From the NCBI GenBank assembly GCA_051362555.1, contig CM120646.1, positions 23,312,001 to 23,376,000 of the forward strand: 64,000 nucleotides of DNA. Reading direction: 5' to 3'. The DNA is from Lingula anatina. Taxonomy: Eukaryota; Animalia; Brachiopoda. Within the stretch, counting starts at the first letter, position 1, and every line of letters starts with the position of its first letter. Below the pieces are notes generated by a model. That model did not search any database. It saw only the letters and a list, made by a program, of their open reading frames with translations, and was not told the DNA's origin. The translations under genes and the position numbers were made by a program. This document shows positions 26,014-41,221 of the stretch, in pieces.

Positions 26014-27599
26014 TATTGCTAGTTCCAGTCCTTTTGCGGTGATAATCTTGTCAGATCTAAAAAAACGACATAAAGACAAACATCGTTTACCAAAGTCTCG
26101 CGTGCGACGGGTGGCAAATATTATTAGTTATCCTAGTTATTGTTGTAAAACACGGTGCAACCTCCTTGTCTAGTACCTATACTTGTCAGACATGTGGGCA
26201 GAGGTAGATATACAAGGCTAAGTTAAAGAAACTGTACATAGTAGTCGGAAAGGTAAATTAATACCGAAGAATTACAAACAACACAAAGCAGAGGATATGA
26301 CAAACTCATTTTACTTGACAATGTGGTTGGAATGTTAAGTGTTCTCAAACTACACAGGTATTCCAGACATTTCTGTCACTCAGTTAAATACACTGTTAAT
26401 CCACGAACATTTGAGTTTGAAGTATCAATATGGTAGTTACGGGATATAAATTTAAAAGATTTAGGGTAATTATTAGATCACAATAAGCACGCTTATTTAA
26501 TTCATCATCCACCGTTCTTATATAAATCAAAAACTTGCTTCAATAATTTCGTGGCACACATACAGGTATTCTGTATGGTGCGTTGTAAAAGAAAAAATCG
26601 AATTGAATGCGTGATTTAAAAAAAAAAACATCATTGTTAAGTAAGCCACTGCAGATATAGCCGACAGAAATGTGCCTGGAGCCAGCAATGCAATATACAC
26701 AACCAAAAAATCACCCGCACTGAATAGCAAATGAAATGAAAATTAGAAATTCACATACAAAGAAAAATGAGGTTGAATGAAACTTATTTTTATCTTGTCA
26801 GTGTGTTCCCGTCATATTGCTTCTATTCTGTTTGACGTACCACGCTGTGTGTGTTTTTTAGCTACCCAATGACGTTGGCATATACATTTGTATATCATTT
26901 TCTGATTGGCATATTTTAGGGAACATGAAACAAAGGTATCCATATCTCATTACTTCAAGAGGTATAAAAAAGAGAAAATTGAAGTTGAAGATGTCTCAGA
27001 AATAGTTAACAGAAGTGTTTTATAACCCATAAAGACATATATTTAATTTTAGACAGTGAAGCTGGCACTTGACGTTTTAGTTAGTTCCTATATCTTCCAT
27101 ATTATAGTTGTACTTGAACTGTTGTCTACTTCTTTACGATATGATATAATTAACTAAATATTTAAAATGTTACATATACGAGACAAGTGAAAAAAAAAGT
27201 GATAGTACCCTGTACAATGTAAATACAATTAAAGGTATTTACGAGAATCAGACTCTAAATTTCTTAGTCGACCAAATAAAATCTTTCTATTAATGTTTAT
27301 AACACATTTAATATGGCTCCGAAGCTTATCCCATGGTACAGTTCTGTAACATGCTAAGGATGGCTTTCTGAAAGTTTTGACAGTGTTATGCCAATTTCTC
27401 AGTCGTTCAACTATCCTTATTTACGCAAAAACCCTGGAGGAAAAACCCTGGAGGATGGAATAATGTACATGTAGCACTGATATCATAACACATGTTTGAT
27501 AATAGTAAACGTCGTTTAAATGATCGTGTCAGTATAAAAATGAAAAAGCACAATTGCGACTACACCTATCCATAATATATAGCAACAGTGCAATTAAAT

Positions 27600-27745
27600 A
27601 AATATTTACCATATGTTTGCGTCCGTCGGTTTTCTCCCGACACAGTCAATCAACACAAAATAAATGAAATGTTGCTCAGTATGTGTATGGCATTGAAAGT
27701 GGTATCATCACATGAGGGTTATTACCATAATAAAGGCATCAGTTG
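27600..27745 (-). promoter_or_regulatory. Promoter and non-coding first exon of EF5a
   Basis: Homologous to 2640-2800; ACCCTCAT at 27719-27712. Confidence 0.55.
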
Positions 27746-28879
27746 ATTGTATGTAATCGAGGTCTGAAGTCAATCGACACAACAACATTAAATACTTCCT
27801 TTGTCAGTGGTGTTAGATGTAGGTATTATTCATTGTTTTTAACCTTTTTCTCCAAATTCACATTCACAGCACTATTTTCACGTGTTCAATGTAACATTGG
27901 TCTTAGTGAAATTTGTAGGAATGGAAAGCAATTTGAACAAATAAAAAACGCCAATACAAAAGTTTGGATATATTGGATTTCTCCCCTTAATATAGAACAA
28001 ACAATCAGAGGCACAAGTATGGCGAAGCAAAACACCTTTGTCTATGAAAAGTGAACTTCAATGTAAGTTAGCCCGAGGGGGCTTGGGTTGAATTCATGGA
28101 TGACCCTGACATTTAGTCTCTTTCACATAGAGTACATTCAAAATGATATGTGAAACGAGTAAATATGCCCATGAAATAAAGCACAGATGTCGACTTTCAT
28201 TATGCTCCTATTTGGCCAATTCAGTGTGCATCAAAGCCAAAAATGTGTCAGTTGAGATGTGAATTAAGATGTTGGGATTCATTTTGATATTAAACCATCG
28301 TATGTTGGCTTAAAATGGAGACTGTATATTTTTCCATTTTTTTCATAAAATTAATTTGTAAAGAATTTATAAAGTTAATTCTAATATTGACGAGCGTCAC
28401 CGTATAAATTGTTTAAAGGTTTTAATAAAATACGGATGACTTTATGGTAAAACTCTCAAATGATGTATAATCGAAAAAAGGACAAATAAATTAGCCAAAG
28501 ATATGTCGAAAGAGACAAAAATACTCACACGCATTCTCATGCAAAAATAAGGACAACGTACAAATGGACAGTATTACATCACAGATCGTTATGACATCTA
28601 AGATTCCATTTTAAGCAAATATATAAAATGTTTTTCATTGTCCACAACTTTAAGATGTAAGATTATAGGCTACACATCTCGAAATTGCTTTTCATTCCTA
28701 CCAGTTTTACTGAGACCAATGTTATATTGTGTATATAGTGCTGATGAAGTGAATTTGGAGAAAAAGAAAAAAAAAAAACATGATGAAATACAGTGGGGTA
28801 ATACCTACCTAATATCTACCAACCACTGACACACGAGTTATTTCATGTTTTTTTGTGAGAAAATTCAGACCGCGATAAC

Positions 28880-29030
28880 ATACAGACACCTGGAGTATTA
28901 ATTATGCTAATGACCCACATATGACGATACCACTTTCAAAGCCATACATATATTGTACAACATTTCAGTTATTTTCGTGTTCATTGACTGTGTCGGGAGA
29001 AAACCGGAGGACGCAAACATATGGTAAATA
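28880..29030 (+). promoter_or_regulatory. Promoter and non-coding first exon of EF2b
   Basis: ATGCTAAT 28904-28911, ACCCACAT 28913-28920, donor-like GGTAAAT near 29023. Inverted relative to 27600-27745. Confidence 0.55.
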
Positions 29031-30336
29031 TTTTTTTAAAATAATGTCCCTTTTGCTATAGATTATGGACAAGCGTAGTCTAAATTATGTCTATTCCATA
29101 AGCATATATTTACAAACATGATCATTTAAATGATGAGTCTGTATTTAACATAATGAAACATGTTGTAATATCACTACTAAATTTCTCAAGTCTTTAGGCT
29201 GTGCATGTTGCATTGCTGGCTCCAGACACATTTCTGTCGACGACATCTGAAGTGGCTTCACAATGCTGGTTTGGCTTTTTTTAATCACACATTCATTCAA
29301 TTTTTATTTTTTTTGAACGCGCCATACGGAATATGTGTTCCACACTACATCTTTTAATTCTTGGCTTACTCGGTTTTCTCTTTTTCATCGAAATCAAATC
29401 AGAAATTGCTTAGTGTAAAATTCACATTATATTGCTAATAATACAAAGACAGGTATACGTATGTTTGCTGTGAACCTATAGTGCTCACAAAACGTTTGAG
29501 TAAATTCTTAAATTATCAACATCATTCTGATACTTTTTGAATCAATTCTTTTGGGCCATTCATGACATTTTCATGACAAGATTCAATGCAATCCACACGT
29601 ACATTGATTTTATTTCAATGTAGTGTGTAGATGTGTGTTTCAGGAACGGATGATAACCGGTCTAAGGTGCAGTGGGCCTCAGCATGGGTTCACTGGACCA
29701 CCATCAAAAAGTATATATGTGTGTGCGTGCAGCTTTTATTTTGACATGAATTATGTTCCAAATTATGACTGAAAAAGCAGTAGTAGCGCTTTTCGAAGTT
29801 TATTTTAACCATTTCAATCAAATGTACTGTAAATTCAATACATAGTAAGTCAAAACTACCATAAACCCAGTCAAGATTCCATCTGACGTGATGGAAAACC
29901 TCCCTGCTATTTTTTCCACCTATCCAAATAAGTTTTGTTTTATGTTTATTTGTTATTTGTTATATTTTGCACCTATCCAAATAAGTTTTGTTTATGTTAA
30001 TTTGTTACTAAACCCGATATTTTTGAAAATAGGCTTAGTGTATAAAAATATGCCCAAAACGAGGATCCACTGCCGTTGAGAATAAGAGTGGTGTCACTGG
30101 CATATTGCGAAATTTTACATTCAGTGTTCCCTACACACAATGGGAAACAGAAGTGTCACCCCTACTGAACCAAAACTTGGGGGGGGATAAATGACTGTGG
30201 AATGATATGCTCCTGGAATCATTTTATTAACATAAAATTCCACAAAAAGTAAAAAAATGTAGACCAGGCATTATAAATTCTCAAGATATGCCTACTTTGA
30301 TTATTGATTACTTGATTATTATTTGATTACTATGAT

Positions 30337-30537
30337 TCAGTGGGTGACACTTCCAATGTCCATTGTGTATATTTTTATACCTGATATTTCTTTATAAGTT
30401 TTAATCAAAATTGAGAGCATTTCGGTACACAAAAGAAAAATGTATGGGGAGAGTGGGTCACCCTGGCGACAACCCTTCGAAATTTTAAAATAATCGGATA
30501 AATGAGCAATTCTGACTGACTGAGGCATTACAATCAA
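30337..30537 (-). mobile_element. L1/Tx1 RT relic (duplicate of 8562-8762)
   Basis: GCRQGDPLSPYIF motif. Confidence 0.8.
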
Positions 30538-30890
30538 AATTTAATATTTTTAACCATTTCTGCGCCTTCCCCCGTCTTTGTCAGTAAAGATCTCTGGGCC
30601 CAAATGTAAATGGCCCTCTGCACCCTTAGGTTGAACCACAGGGGACCGCAGTCCAAGGTCTCCACACTCTCAAAACTGATCGAGTGATCAAGTGCCTCAA
30701 CGTTCATGTGTTGAAACGCATCCTCAGACTAACCAGTGAGCTGCTGTATATAGGCCCGCTGATTAATTAGATTAATTGGGGAATGTGAGATGGTTTTGTG
30801 AGCTTCCGTAACTAAGGTTTTAAATGATATCTTTCAAATCTTATATCTTTCAGAATATAACTGCCGTAAGAAAACCTACACCCAACCAAG

Positions 30891-31865
30891 ATGTTCTGCA
30901 GTCTATTGATTACTGTGTTTGCTGTCATGTTGACGAGTGGCGTTGGTTCCACACTGGTTATACGGGATAAAAAGGTATCAAAATTACCTGTGCTGACTTA
31001 CCAAAGTTTTTCTTTACCTATTGAAATCTTTCTCGGATAAGGCTCGAAAAAATTCGTTCTCGTGTATGTGATATTTGTTGTTTGAAAAAAAATTCCAATT
31101 TGACTTAACGAATGTTAAAATTTTAAGGTCGGAATTTGCAGTTTAGGATCACGCTTATAACCTCTTCCGGTGAACAGTGATGCCTAAAGAGTCGACTACT
31201 TAGACATATAAACACAAAAACAAAATATTCATAACAGACGAAAAGCATGGGAACATTAACAACGTAGAAAGTTGATAGAACCTGAATCATAAGATAATTA
31301 ATGCCTCTTAAAGGTTCAAGAAGAGCCACCAAGTGATGTTTGGGCAGCCAAATGGAGACATGTCATAGAAGATCTCGACGTTAATGGAGATGGAAAAATG
31401 GATGAAGACGAATTTGTTACTGATATTGCTGCGAGGGTAGGAGCTATAACAATGTCCACTAAAAAAGAGAAAGAAACCAAAGTATATTTGAAGGGAATAT
31501 GGGACAAGTGGTGGAAAGGTCTTATGAATGACGACAATTTAGGAAGTATTTCAGCTGAAAACTTGATCTCAGCCAAGACAGAAATCCAAGCTAAAATGGT
31601 TCATAACCAATACCTGGATATGGACGTTAAATGGGCTATCACGTTCTTTGAACTGGTGGATGCAAACGGAGATGACATTCTTGTTAGTGATGAGTTTGCC
31701 AATTTTCTCAAGATTTTCCGTACTCCATTTTCTCCAGAGATTTTCTCTGAAGTAGATATCAACAGCAACGGTGCTATAAGTAGGAATGAAATGGTCATAA
31801 ACCATTTGTCTTTCATTAGTGGCAACGGTAAGTTAGGGGCGGATTTTTATGGTAAAATAGAGTGA
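30891..31865 (+). CDS. Secreted EF-hand protein EF2b (211 aa)
   Basis: Exons 30891-30974 and 31314-31865. One amino-acid difference from EF2a (NLES to NLGS). Confidence 0.92.
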
Positions 31866-34800
31866 TCCAATCGCGGGAGGTAAGGGGAGCATAGTGGAAG
31901 CGACATTTAAACGACTGAACACTTTTATCAGCAAAAGACTCTATTTTGAAATTAGCCGAAGCCAAAAGTAAAATTGCCGATTCCATTCATTTTCAAGGAT
32001 AAAAAGAGAAAGGCAAAAAATAATTAATTTATAATAATAATTATGAAACAGAAGGAAAGACAGACAGGGTGGTAATTGAAGGAGAGTATAGCTTTTGCTT
32101 TATTTTTGGTTTTCGGTTTGCCGACAAATATTCGGCGACTTTTGTTTTCGAATCAATATACCCATTCATTTAATAAAACATAATAAGTTGAAAATATGTG
32201 TAATAACTTGCTATATTATTAAGGATGTTGAGTGACGCAGAGATTAAGTATGATGTTCTATTTTGGAATACGTTAGAGGTTACCTAGCTAATATTTCAAC
32301 TGAGGGGGTACAACACTTTGTGAAAATACGAAACACTGACAAGATCAAATTCGGATATTCTGTTGATTCCTTGCTTAATTGAACCCTTTCAGAATCAAAA
32401 TATTCGATCACGGGACGTGCTTGTATTCGCAAGGGATAAAAGCAATACATGCAATAAATATGTATTTTTCACTAACTGAAAAAGAAAATGCAGGGCACCG
32501 GAAAAGATAATGAGCTCTGAAAATGACTGTTGTTCACGACATCTGTTTACCGGAAACAATGCAGACTTCGTGTGTTTTACTTTTCCGCTATTATACGGGC
32601 ACTGTCTCTTGCATCAGACTCAACGTGACTTTTTACTAAATAATAAACCACATAATATAGGCATAGACTGACAGGTACACTGGTAGATCGAAGTTTTGTT
32701 TCGAGAGAGGGGGTTTGTGGTGGTGAAAACGATTAAATTTCTCAACGTCCGGCAAATCTTACGACTCTCCCGTGAAACATAAGGCACAGGGGTGGAAATA
32801 TCCCTTGGTTTTGTCTCGTTTTGCTTGATATACATGTACGTATAAAGGGGGGGGGGGAGGTAGGGTACTATGATGGCTAATATCTTGGAAACACGCTCAT
32901 TGTTTTCTTGAACTTTTATTGAACCAAAAATAGTTAAACACGTTCTGATACAGTATCAAAGGGAAATAAGGTAGAAATAAATATACAAAATAAAATTTCA
33001 AATGGACTTATTCTGATCTTGTTACTTGAGAAATAAGGCCACGTGCTTTACATTTCTTTACACGACAAACTCACTTATATAATGACTGCATGTTAAACTA
33101 TCAACGCATTAATAAATGATTACCAAGCTTAAAAGAACAATGATAGCTGCAGAAAATACGATATAATAAACATAGGCTAGCAACTCATTAGGACTTCTCT
33201 AGCCTCTTGAACTTGTAACAGTTTACATGAACTTCCGGGGTCTTATATCGTCTTGAACATACGTACCAGTACATACACTGATAATTTTGACTGCTGGCAC
33301 TGTAATAATTTAATTTTTAATAAATTAAAATTGAACAGAACTGCATGCAATGGTATTGCTAACTGGGATGGGGATGGATAAACTCACTCCGGGTCGGATT
33401 ATTTGAAAGGGGAAAGGTTCCGCGGATGCTTGGCGTGGGGTTCGGGAACGGTGTCATTTTGTACTATAATTCAGCTAGTCAAAGTTTTAATTTCAAGAAG
33501 GGACCAGAAATCGAAGGGGGATCAGAACCACCCGGAGGCGTGTATTTTTAAGATAAGGATTCCCTTAATTTATTCATTCTCAATTGCGTTTTTGAAGATT
33601 TAAAGCAAAATTTCACTCTTTAAGATAGCAAATTAACCGCGCGCGCGCGCGCGCGCGTGTGTGTAAGAGAGAGAAAGAGAGAGAGAGAGTGTGTGTGTTT
33701 TTGTGGGGGTCTATAAGATAAAGAATGGATCATTTTATCAATTTGATATAACCAAAATTTTCCAATATTTGGTTCGAACTGCGAAATATAGTGAGAGAGC
33801 GAGAAGGGAGGCATGCACGATGACTGTGGTTATGAGAGAATCATCATGCAAGCTTCCCAATGCACCTTTGGCAAGGGTCAAAGCCTCTTTAAATGTGATA
33901 GCAGGACCAGCCCTTATTTTGAAGTCATCAGAATATATGACGTAAAATATTATTTTTAATAATGGTGTATTGTTGAAAATGGTCACAGTGTATTTTCACG
34001 ATGGATAAAAGCAACTTCGACACTAACAGTACGTATTCGCGACAAAAAAGGCAACTAACAAACTGATGGTGCAGGAAAGGGAGAATAAACAAAAAGTACT
34101 TAATTGCGCAAAAACGTATTGAATGGGTTTTAACGACCATTATACTGCAGATAATTGCAAATATTACATCAAAGCTCGCCGAACAAAGGGCATCATTTTA
34201 TAGCTAAAAACCACCAATCTTGCTGAACATACAAACCTAGCTGCCAAAAACCTTTGAACCAGGTGAATATATTTATGTGCGACCACTTAAATGAAAATAA
34301 GGAAAAATATTTATAATAAATAAATAAAAATTAAAAATAAATTAAAAAAAAAACAAAACATCAAAACTATCCAGAACAAAAGACACGGAGGAAGCATATT
34401 ATTCCTGAAGTCTGTCTTTCGTAATTGAAAAAGGTGGCTTTGTTTTTAAAATAGCATATTTTGATTTCAGACAGCAAAGATGATCAGTTACTTTCTATTA
34501 TTGTTTATTGCCAAGAGTTACATGCAGTTATAGCGCAATTAGAGGATAGAAGAGGCAATTAAGACGCTTTGGGTTTTTTATTGCGTGTGTGACGACTTAA
34601 ATGAAAAATGGACAAATGGAACGTCCAAGTGTCCTTTCTTTCTACAAACGCTATAAATCATCTAAGCAGACACACCAATCTTGGGGAAATCTACACGGCA
34701 TACTCTCCTCCATCAGAGTAGCAATTTCTTTTCTTCCTTCACTGCCAGCTCCTGTACGTACACCATGGTAGGAATTTGACAGCCAGACGTATGTTTCACC

Positions 34801-35369
34801 TTTAATGACACACTTTATATCGTTAATAATGGATGAAAATCCTTCACTGGTTACACGAGCAATAAACTGCGAGTCACTTTTTACGCCCAGGTCCCCCATG
34901 TTAAATAGTGTAGTTTTTGCATTTTTGCATTCCTTTTGTCACCCCCTGTAGAATGAACACGAAATACGGGAAATGTTATTTTAATGTTAGTGAATTGCTA
35001 GGAGTAGTCACAGTACGCATTTACATTTGAAAAGACATCTAACACACTCTTGGTGCAGAAAAGAGAGAATAAAACAAAAATACCTAATTGCGAAAAACGT
35101 ATTGAATGGGGGTTTGCGACCACTAAATTACACATTATGCAAATAATGCATCAATGCTTTCCGAACAAAAGGCATCATTTATAGACAAAAATCCACTTTT
35201 ATACTTTTAAAAATAGAGACTTGGTTTGCAAAACCACCAATCATGTGTAGGGACAAGAACGTGACATAATTATTTTCGATAGTCATTTATTGCTCAGAAT
35301 AGTAATAGTACATATCCACCGCTGAAAAAATCGACTGAGACACTCTTGGAGCAGAAAAAGGAGAACACA

Positions 35370-35935
35370 ACATAGACAAAGCTAACGGTCCTGATGGAAT
35401 TCCGCCAAAACTATTGAAGGAATGCACCGCATCATTAACTGACTCTTGTGCGTTCTTATTTAAGTGTAGTACGTTGACTGGTTAGCTGCCTAATATTTGG
35501 AAGTTGGCGAATGTCACGCCTGTGAACAAAAAGGGTAACAAGGTAAAGGTAGAAAACTACAGGCCGGTATCCACACTTAACTGACAGAACTAATCCTACC
35601 TTATCTTAATGACACTCATCATGTTTTTTTTTTTTTTTTGTGCAAAGCGTTCAACTAGCACCCAACTAGTACAGGCATTACATTCAATAGGGAAAATTTA
35701 GATAGAGGTGAGCAGATTGATATCATTTATCTAGATTTTATCAAGGCGTTCGATGTCGTACCTCTTCTACTTTCGGTACATTAACTGCCTGGCTAGGAAG
35801 ATATCTAACCGCAAAGACAGCAAAGAGTATGCTTAAGTAGTAAAATCTCATATACTAGTGATGTAACTTCTGGAGTTCCACAGACTAATCTTGGGGCCAC
35901 TGATGTTTTAACCTTATGTCAATGACCTACTTGAG
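35370..35935 (+). mobile_element. CR1/L2-type RT relic (duplicate of 13640-14245)
   Basis: Same motifs, with a short deletion after YRPVS. Confidence 0.85.
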
Positions 35936-36572
35936 GTTGTTGCCCGGTAACAACAATTATTATTATTTGACAGTTGTTTTAATTATGCTCTTTTTAGTTC
36001 TTGTATATAATTTTGTACTCAATAAAGTCATTTAAATCTAAATACTTCCGGCATCGATTATCAACATAGGGATAAATGAAATGGTCCTTAAGACGTGAGA
36101 TACCTAGACATTTTGACACATTATTATACGTGTTATGAACGTGTTAAAAACGCCATAGCGAATCGTCCGTTTTATGACAAGTCTAAATAATTCACTTTTC
36201 AACGATCATAAAATCGTTTGTTAGATGTGACATTAGTGCCAGATAAAAATATCAATTAAAGGGATTATTTACAGAAAAAACATGGATTTCAAAAGGTAAC
36301 CCTAACAATCTGTTTGTCTGTCTGTTCGCCAGATTGCGTCCGTCTGTCTGTTTGTCTGACTGCATGCATGCACGACATTATGTTCGTGTAACCAGTTAAC
36401 TCAAGCAGCAATTGTATCTTTGTTAACGTTCAAAGTCTGATAAAACATAATTGTTTCATATTTGCAAATCTATTTCATTTGTTAAGTGAAAAGTTTTTTT
36501 TCTATGACTAGTAAAACCCATACCCATATCTGCGCTTTATGTAACCCGTTGCAAAAAATGGCAGACATGGAA

Positions 36573-37530
36573 TTACCGTATTTTCCCGTAAAAATCCGCC
36601 CCCTCTCCACTGTTGCCTATCACCCAGGCTAACTCCTTTATTATCATTTCACTTTTGCTTATAGCGCCGTCGCTGTTGGTATCTACCTCAGAGAAAAGAG
36701 CCGAGGAAAATGAGGCGCGGAATATTTTCAAAATGTTAGAATACTCTGTCTTGTTCAAATAGTCATTCTCATCTGCATCCACCATCTCAAAAAACGTAAG
36801 CGCCCATTTAACCTCCGAGACCAAGTGTTGCATATCAACCATTTTCGCTCTGGTTTTAGCCTCGGTTAAAATAAAGTCATCTGCTGAAACACTTGTCAAG
36901 TTTTTGTCATTCATGAAGCTTTTCCACCCCGTGTCCCAATCTTCTTGCAGGAAAGCTTTCATTTTCTCCTCCTTCTCGGCAGACTTCGTTATTGCTCCCA
37001 CTCTTGCCGCCGTCATATTAACGTATTCGTTTTCATCCATCTTTCCATCTCCGTTCACATCCATGCGGTTAATTATTGCTGTCCATTTCTTTGCCCACAC
37101 ATCAAGTGACGGATTGTCATCGTTAGAAAGCTAAAATGATAATAAAAAAACTTTTTGTCATGGTAACTTATTTGCTAAAATTAAATGTAGGTTTATCTAC
37201 TGGATTCACATCCCAGGAATAAACCAAAACACAATAAGATTTTCCGTTTGTGTACAAGCAAAAGTTGCATTTATATCATATTTACCCTGCCAAATGCTAT
37301 CAAGTTTTAAGACGGCTTTCATGACATTGACATTACCATATACCGGGCAACATGAACACCATTAATGTGATATATGTATGGGTACTCAAACTAGACGTCT
37401 TTTTATATCACAGTCAAATACATGTAAGGTATGTGATAAACTATACCTTTTCACCTCGTATAGCCAGAGTGGAAACTCCATCACTCATCAACGTGGCAGA
37501 AAAACATATTGTCACTAGACTGAAGAGCAT
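36573..37530 (-). CDS. Secreted EF-hand protein EF3b (213 aa)
   Basis: Exons 37530-37447 (MLFSLVTICFSATLMSDGVSTLAIRGEK) and 37130-36573, no stops. EF loops DVNGDGKMDENE, DADENDYLNKTE, DTNSDGAISKSE. Confidence 0.92.
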
Positions 37531-40301
37531 GATGAGTGGGTGTTGTTCTCCTGAAAGCGTTATCTGAAAGAGCCTGGAATAGTAATAACATTTAAAGTTA
37601 CATATGAAGTCAAAATTTGCAATTTAACCAGGCCAAACACCATCATATAATTTTAATAGCACAGCTAGAAATACTTCAGGGGTATTTACAGGCATCATTA
37701 TGGCAACGGGCGCTCTCAGAATTCCTGTGTTTTGTTGCAAAAACATAATGGTCTGAGATCGTAACAACCATCTTTGGATTCTCACAATAAGCTATGGAGC
37801 CACCCAGGATATTGAAAGTGCTCATTCCAGAGCATAATCAACCTTCTAATAATCTGTACCAACCCCGCGAAGCTCAATTGTCTACAAGAATATCCCTCTG
37901 AACAGATTTGAAATCCTTGCTGAATGTATGACTTGCGTTATCTCAACTTCCGAACATTTGCTTCCTCATTGGAATCCAAAGTGGAACATCATGGTTTAAG
38001 GGTGCTTGTGTAATGTTGGTAATTGACAGCCACGAGTGAATGAGGAGCGGGGAGTGTTTTGTAGACGAACTTATTTTATTGACATGCACTTATGATAGTC
38101 ATACAACTTCGTGTAATATAATGTAAACAGAGAGAAGGCCGATGAAGATTGCATGAGGTAAAGATAGATATGGAAAGAGAGCGGCCCGGGAACCAACTAG
38201 AAAGAAGTTAGTAAATAACATTAAAAATTATAACGGTTCTGTACTTACTACCTCACGTAACAGCAAAAGATAAACAACAGCCTCGTCACGCTTCTTCTAA
38301 ATTTTTATTATTATTAATTAATTTATTTTTTGAATGGACATTTTCGCCAGTTTTTTGCTTTTTGGGCCACATGACATGTTAAATATGGTCTATAGGATTA
38401 AAATTTAAAAAAGAAGTTTGTTAAACGGTTTCAAGCTGTTGTGTAATCATTTGTTAACAAAAACATGGAATTGAAGCTCTGAGAACTATCTTCATCACGT
38501 TAATGTTTCACTGCCCTTCTGCTGTTATATTTTACATGATGTCTTCGACCATGCAAGTACAAAATGTACCCAAATTTTGATATAGAAAAAGGAAACCTGG
38601 GAATCCATGTTATTCAATAATTCGATATTATTGTTTCGCACATCTCTTCCAGACGTTTTGTTGATAAGTGATAAATAAATAAAACAAACATCAGTGCGAT
38701 TTTTACAGGCAGCTCTACCATAATCAAACGTCTAACCTGTATGTATGGTGGGATTGAACAGACACTATTAGCAGAAGTGTGCCCTATTCCATCAAAACAA
38801 CAAATGCTTACCCGCATTGTATAAGTTAAACAGGTGTGGTAAACAAAACACCTATTTGTGGCATCGACATGGAAACTAAAGGGAAAAATAAGATTTCAAA
38901 ATATTCATTCATTCAATCATCTTTCCATCATCTTAACTAGTATGTGGGCCTTATTTATGTGGCTGAGTGTCTGGCCTAGTTTTCAATATACCCTGTACGT
39001 AGTTTAATTTACCTATACTATGTATGCATTATACCTACACTTCACCTATGTTTACCCCGGCCCATTGAGTCATTTTTAAGAAACTAGTCTTTAAAATATC
39101 CAGACGTATTTCTTTTATATAGATCAACTTTATTACAGTTTGTTTTGCAATAAAATACATTTTGCAATCATTAATGGTAATAATTAAGGTTTTCATTTGG
39201 GGTGAAATACAATGAGTAGAATTGTTTGGCCGCCAGTTTTAGCAGGGTCAGACCTGGGCACAAAATGAGTATATCATAATAAATATCAGTGTAGCATCAT
39301 GTCACACCTCCGAATCCCCTCATAAAATGACCAGCGAATCTCATCTTTTCCCTAACCAGGTCGTCTACCCATGTTTTGGTCGTTCCCATTCTTCAGTTAT
39401 GCTCATTTAAAAAGCGGTATTTTGGTACTACGTGTATGCGCACCTAACATGTGTCCTCCTATTATTCTTAAGCTGAATATGAGAATATACAATAACAATA
39501 TACGTCAATATTTCAGTATTAAAAATCACCGTACTGAGTACTTTAAAGACATACAATTATGCGATGATTCAATTGTATATCCTAGACGTCCGATTTCGAA
39601 AGTTTCAACACAGACGTATCATTTACTTACTGGTAACTGTGCTAGTAGGCCCTGTATATCAAATAAACACACAATTTATGTATATTATAGTATTGAACTA
39701 ATACATAATCTATAGACGCTAATGAAGCTAGAAAATGTTTCGGTTTACCCAAACAATGAGTCCTTGTGCGTTCTCCCTAGACCATTAATCACCGCAAGAT
39801 TATATGAAATGTTAGGCAATAATTTTAACCCTGTGAAGTTGTTACCGTCGCATGAGGGTCATTTACATAATAAAGTAGACGTTAGATTTGAGCAAAAACT
39901 GAATATAAGTCTATTTTTATACAGCATATAGTCACTGTACAAAAGTGAAAGTCTACCATATACCACACAGTGACACCGACACTATTTATTCATATTATTT
40001 CCAGGTAAATTTAAGCTATTTAGCTTATTAAAGCTGTTTGGGAGTTGGTCGTACTTTTTAAAATGATACTTACAGCAGCAGGGAAGGTAATTTTATGGTA
40101 TCAAATGAATATGAAATATCAAATATTACATATTCCACAAAATTGCTATTTGTGTTAAAATTCCACTTAGCAGCAAATTGGATTTAATGTGTTTATTGGG
40201 CTGATTTTTTAAACACATAAAGTGTAAATATCTTTCTTTTAACTCTTGATCACTTGTACACACTGGAATAGTCTGTTAATTAAGACCACGTGGTAGGCAC
40301 G

Positions 40302-41221
40302 TTATTGCAGTGTTTTCCCATAGAAATCCGCCCCCTCCATACTGTTGTCCATTATAAAGGTCAACTGCTTTACAACCATTTCACTTTTACTTAAAGCACC
40401 GTCATTGTTGGTGTCTAATTCAGAGAAAATATCCGAAGAATACGGAGTGCGAAAGATCTTGAGAAAATTGGCGTGTTCTGTTTTGTTGAGAGACTCATTC
40501 CCATCTGCATCCACCAACTCAAAGAAAGTAAGCGTCCATTTCATTTCCACGTCTAGGTTGTTCATGTCAACCATTTTCTTTCTGGTTTTGCCTTCGGTTA
40601 GGATGAAGTCGTCCGCAGAAATACTTTCTAGGTTAACATCATTCATTAAAATTTTCCACCATTTGTCCCATGCATCCTGCAAATAGGCTTTTATTTTTTC
40701 CTCTTTCTCGATGGAACTCGTTATTGCTCCTACTCTCGCTGCCGTCTCATTTACATATTCGTATTCATCCATCTTTCCATTTCTATCTACGTCCATATGG
40801 TCAATGAATGTTGCCCATTTGATTGCCCAAATATCACGTGACGCATCGATATCGTCAGATACCTATAGAGGAAACAAAGTGCCATATAGAATTTTCTTAA
40901 ATGAAGTCACTACTGATTATACTGATTACATGCCGAAAAGTGACATCATTTCAAGACGTTTCAATTGCATAAAATCATTCAAATTTTTCATCAGTCTAAA
41001 TTTCTAAATAAATTGACATTGCATGTTTTGATGTATTTTAAATTCTATGTCAAATTCTGCCACACTTGAAATCCTTATTAAATAACAAAGTAGAAAACTT
41101 AAAAGGTCATAATGTCGGTAATGCTTCATACCTTTTTTTCTCGTATAACCAGTGTGGACCTACTTTCACTGATCATTGTGGTAGCAAGACATATTGTCAA
41201 TAGATCTAAACTGAAAAACAT
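40302..41221 (-). CDS. Secreted EF-hand protein EF4b (216 aa)
   Basis: Exons 41221-41132 (MFFSLDLLTICLATTMISESRSTLVIREKK) and 40862-40302; intact. Confidence 0.92.

Larger units (their letters stand above)
7876..26920 (+). repeat. Copy A of near-identical tandem segmental duplication
   Basis: Colinear with 29650-45820: ORF pairs 8114/29888, 9623/31398, 14879/36573, 18571/40302, 24719/43608. Offset ~21.7 kb, falling to ~18.9 kb after the A-specific 3.1 kb insertion. Confidence 0.95.
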
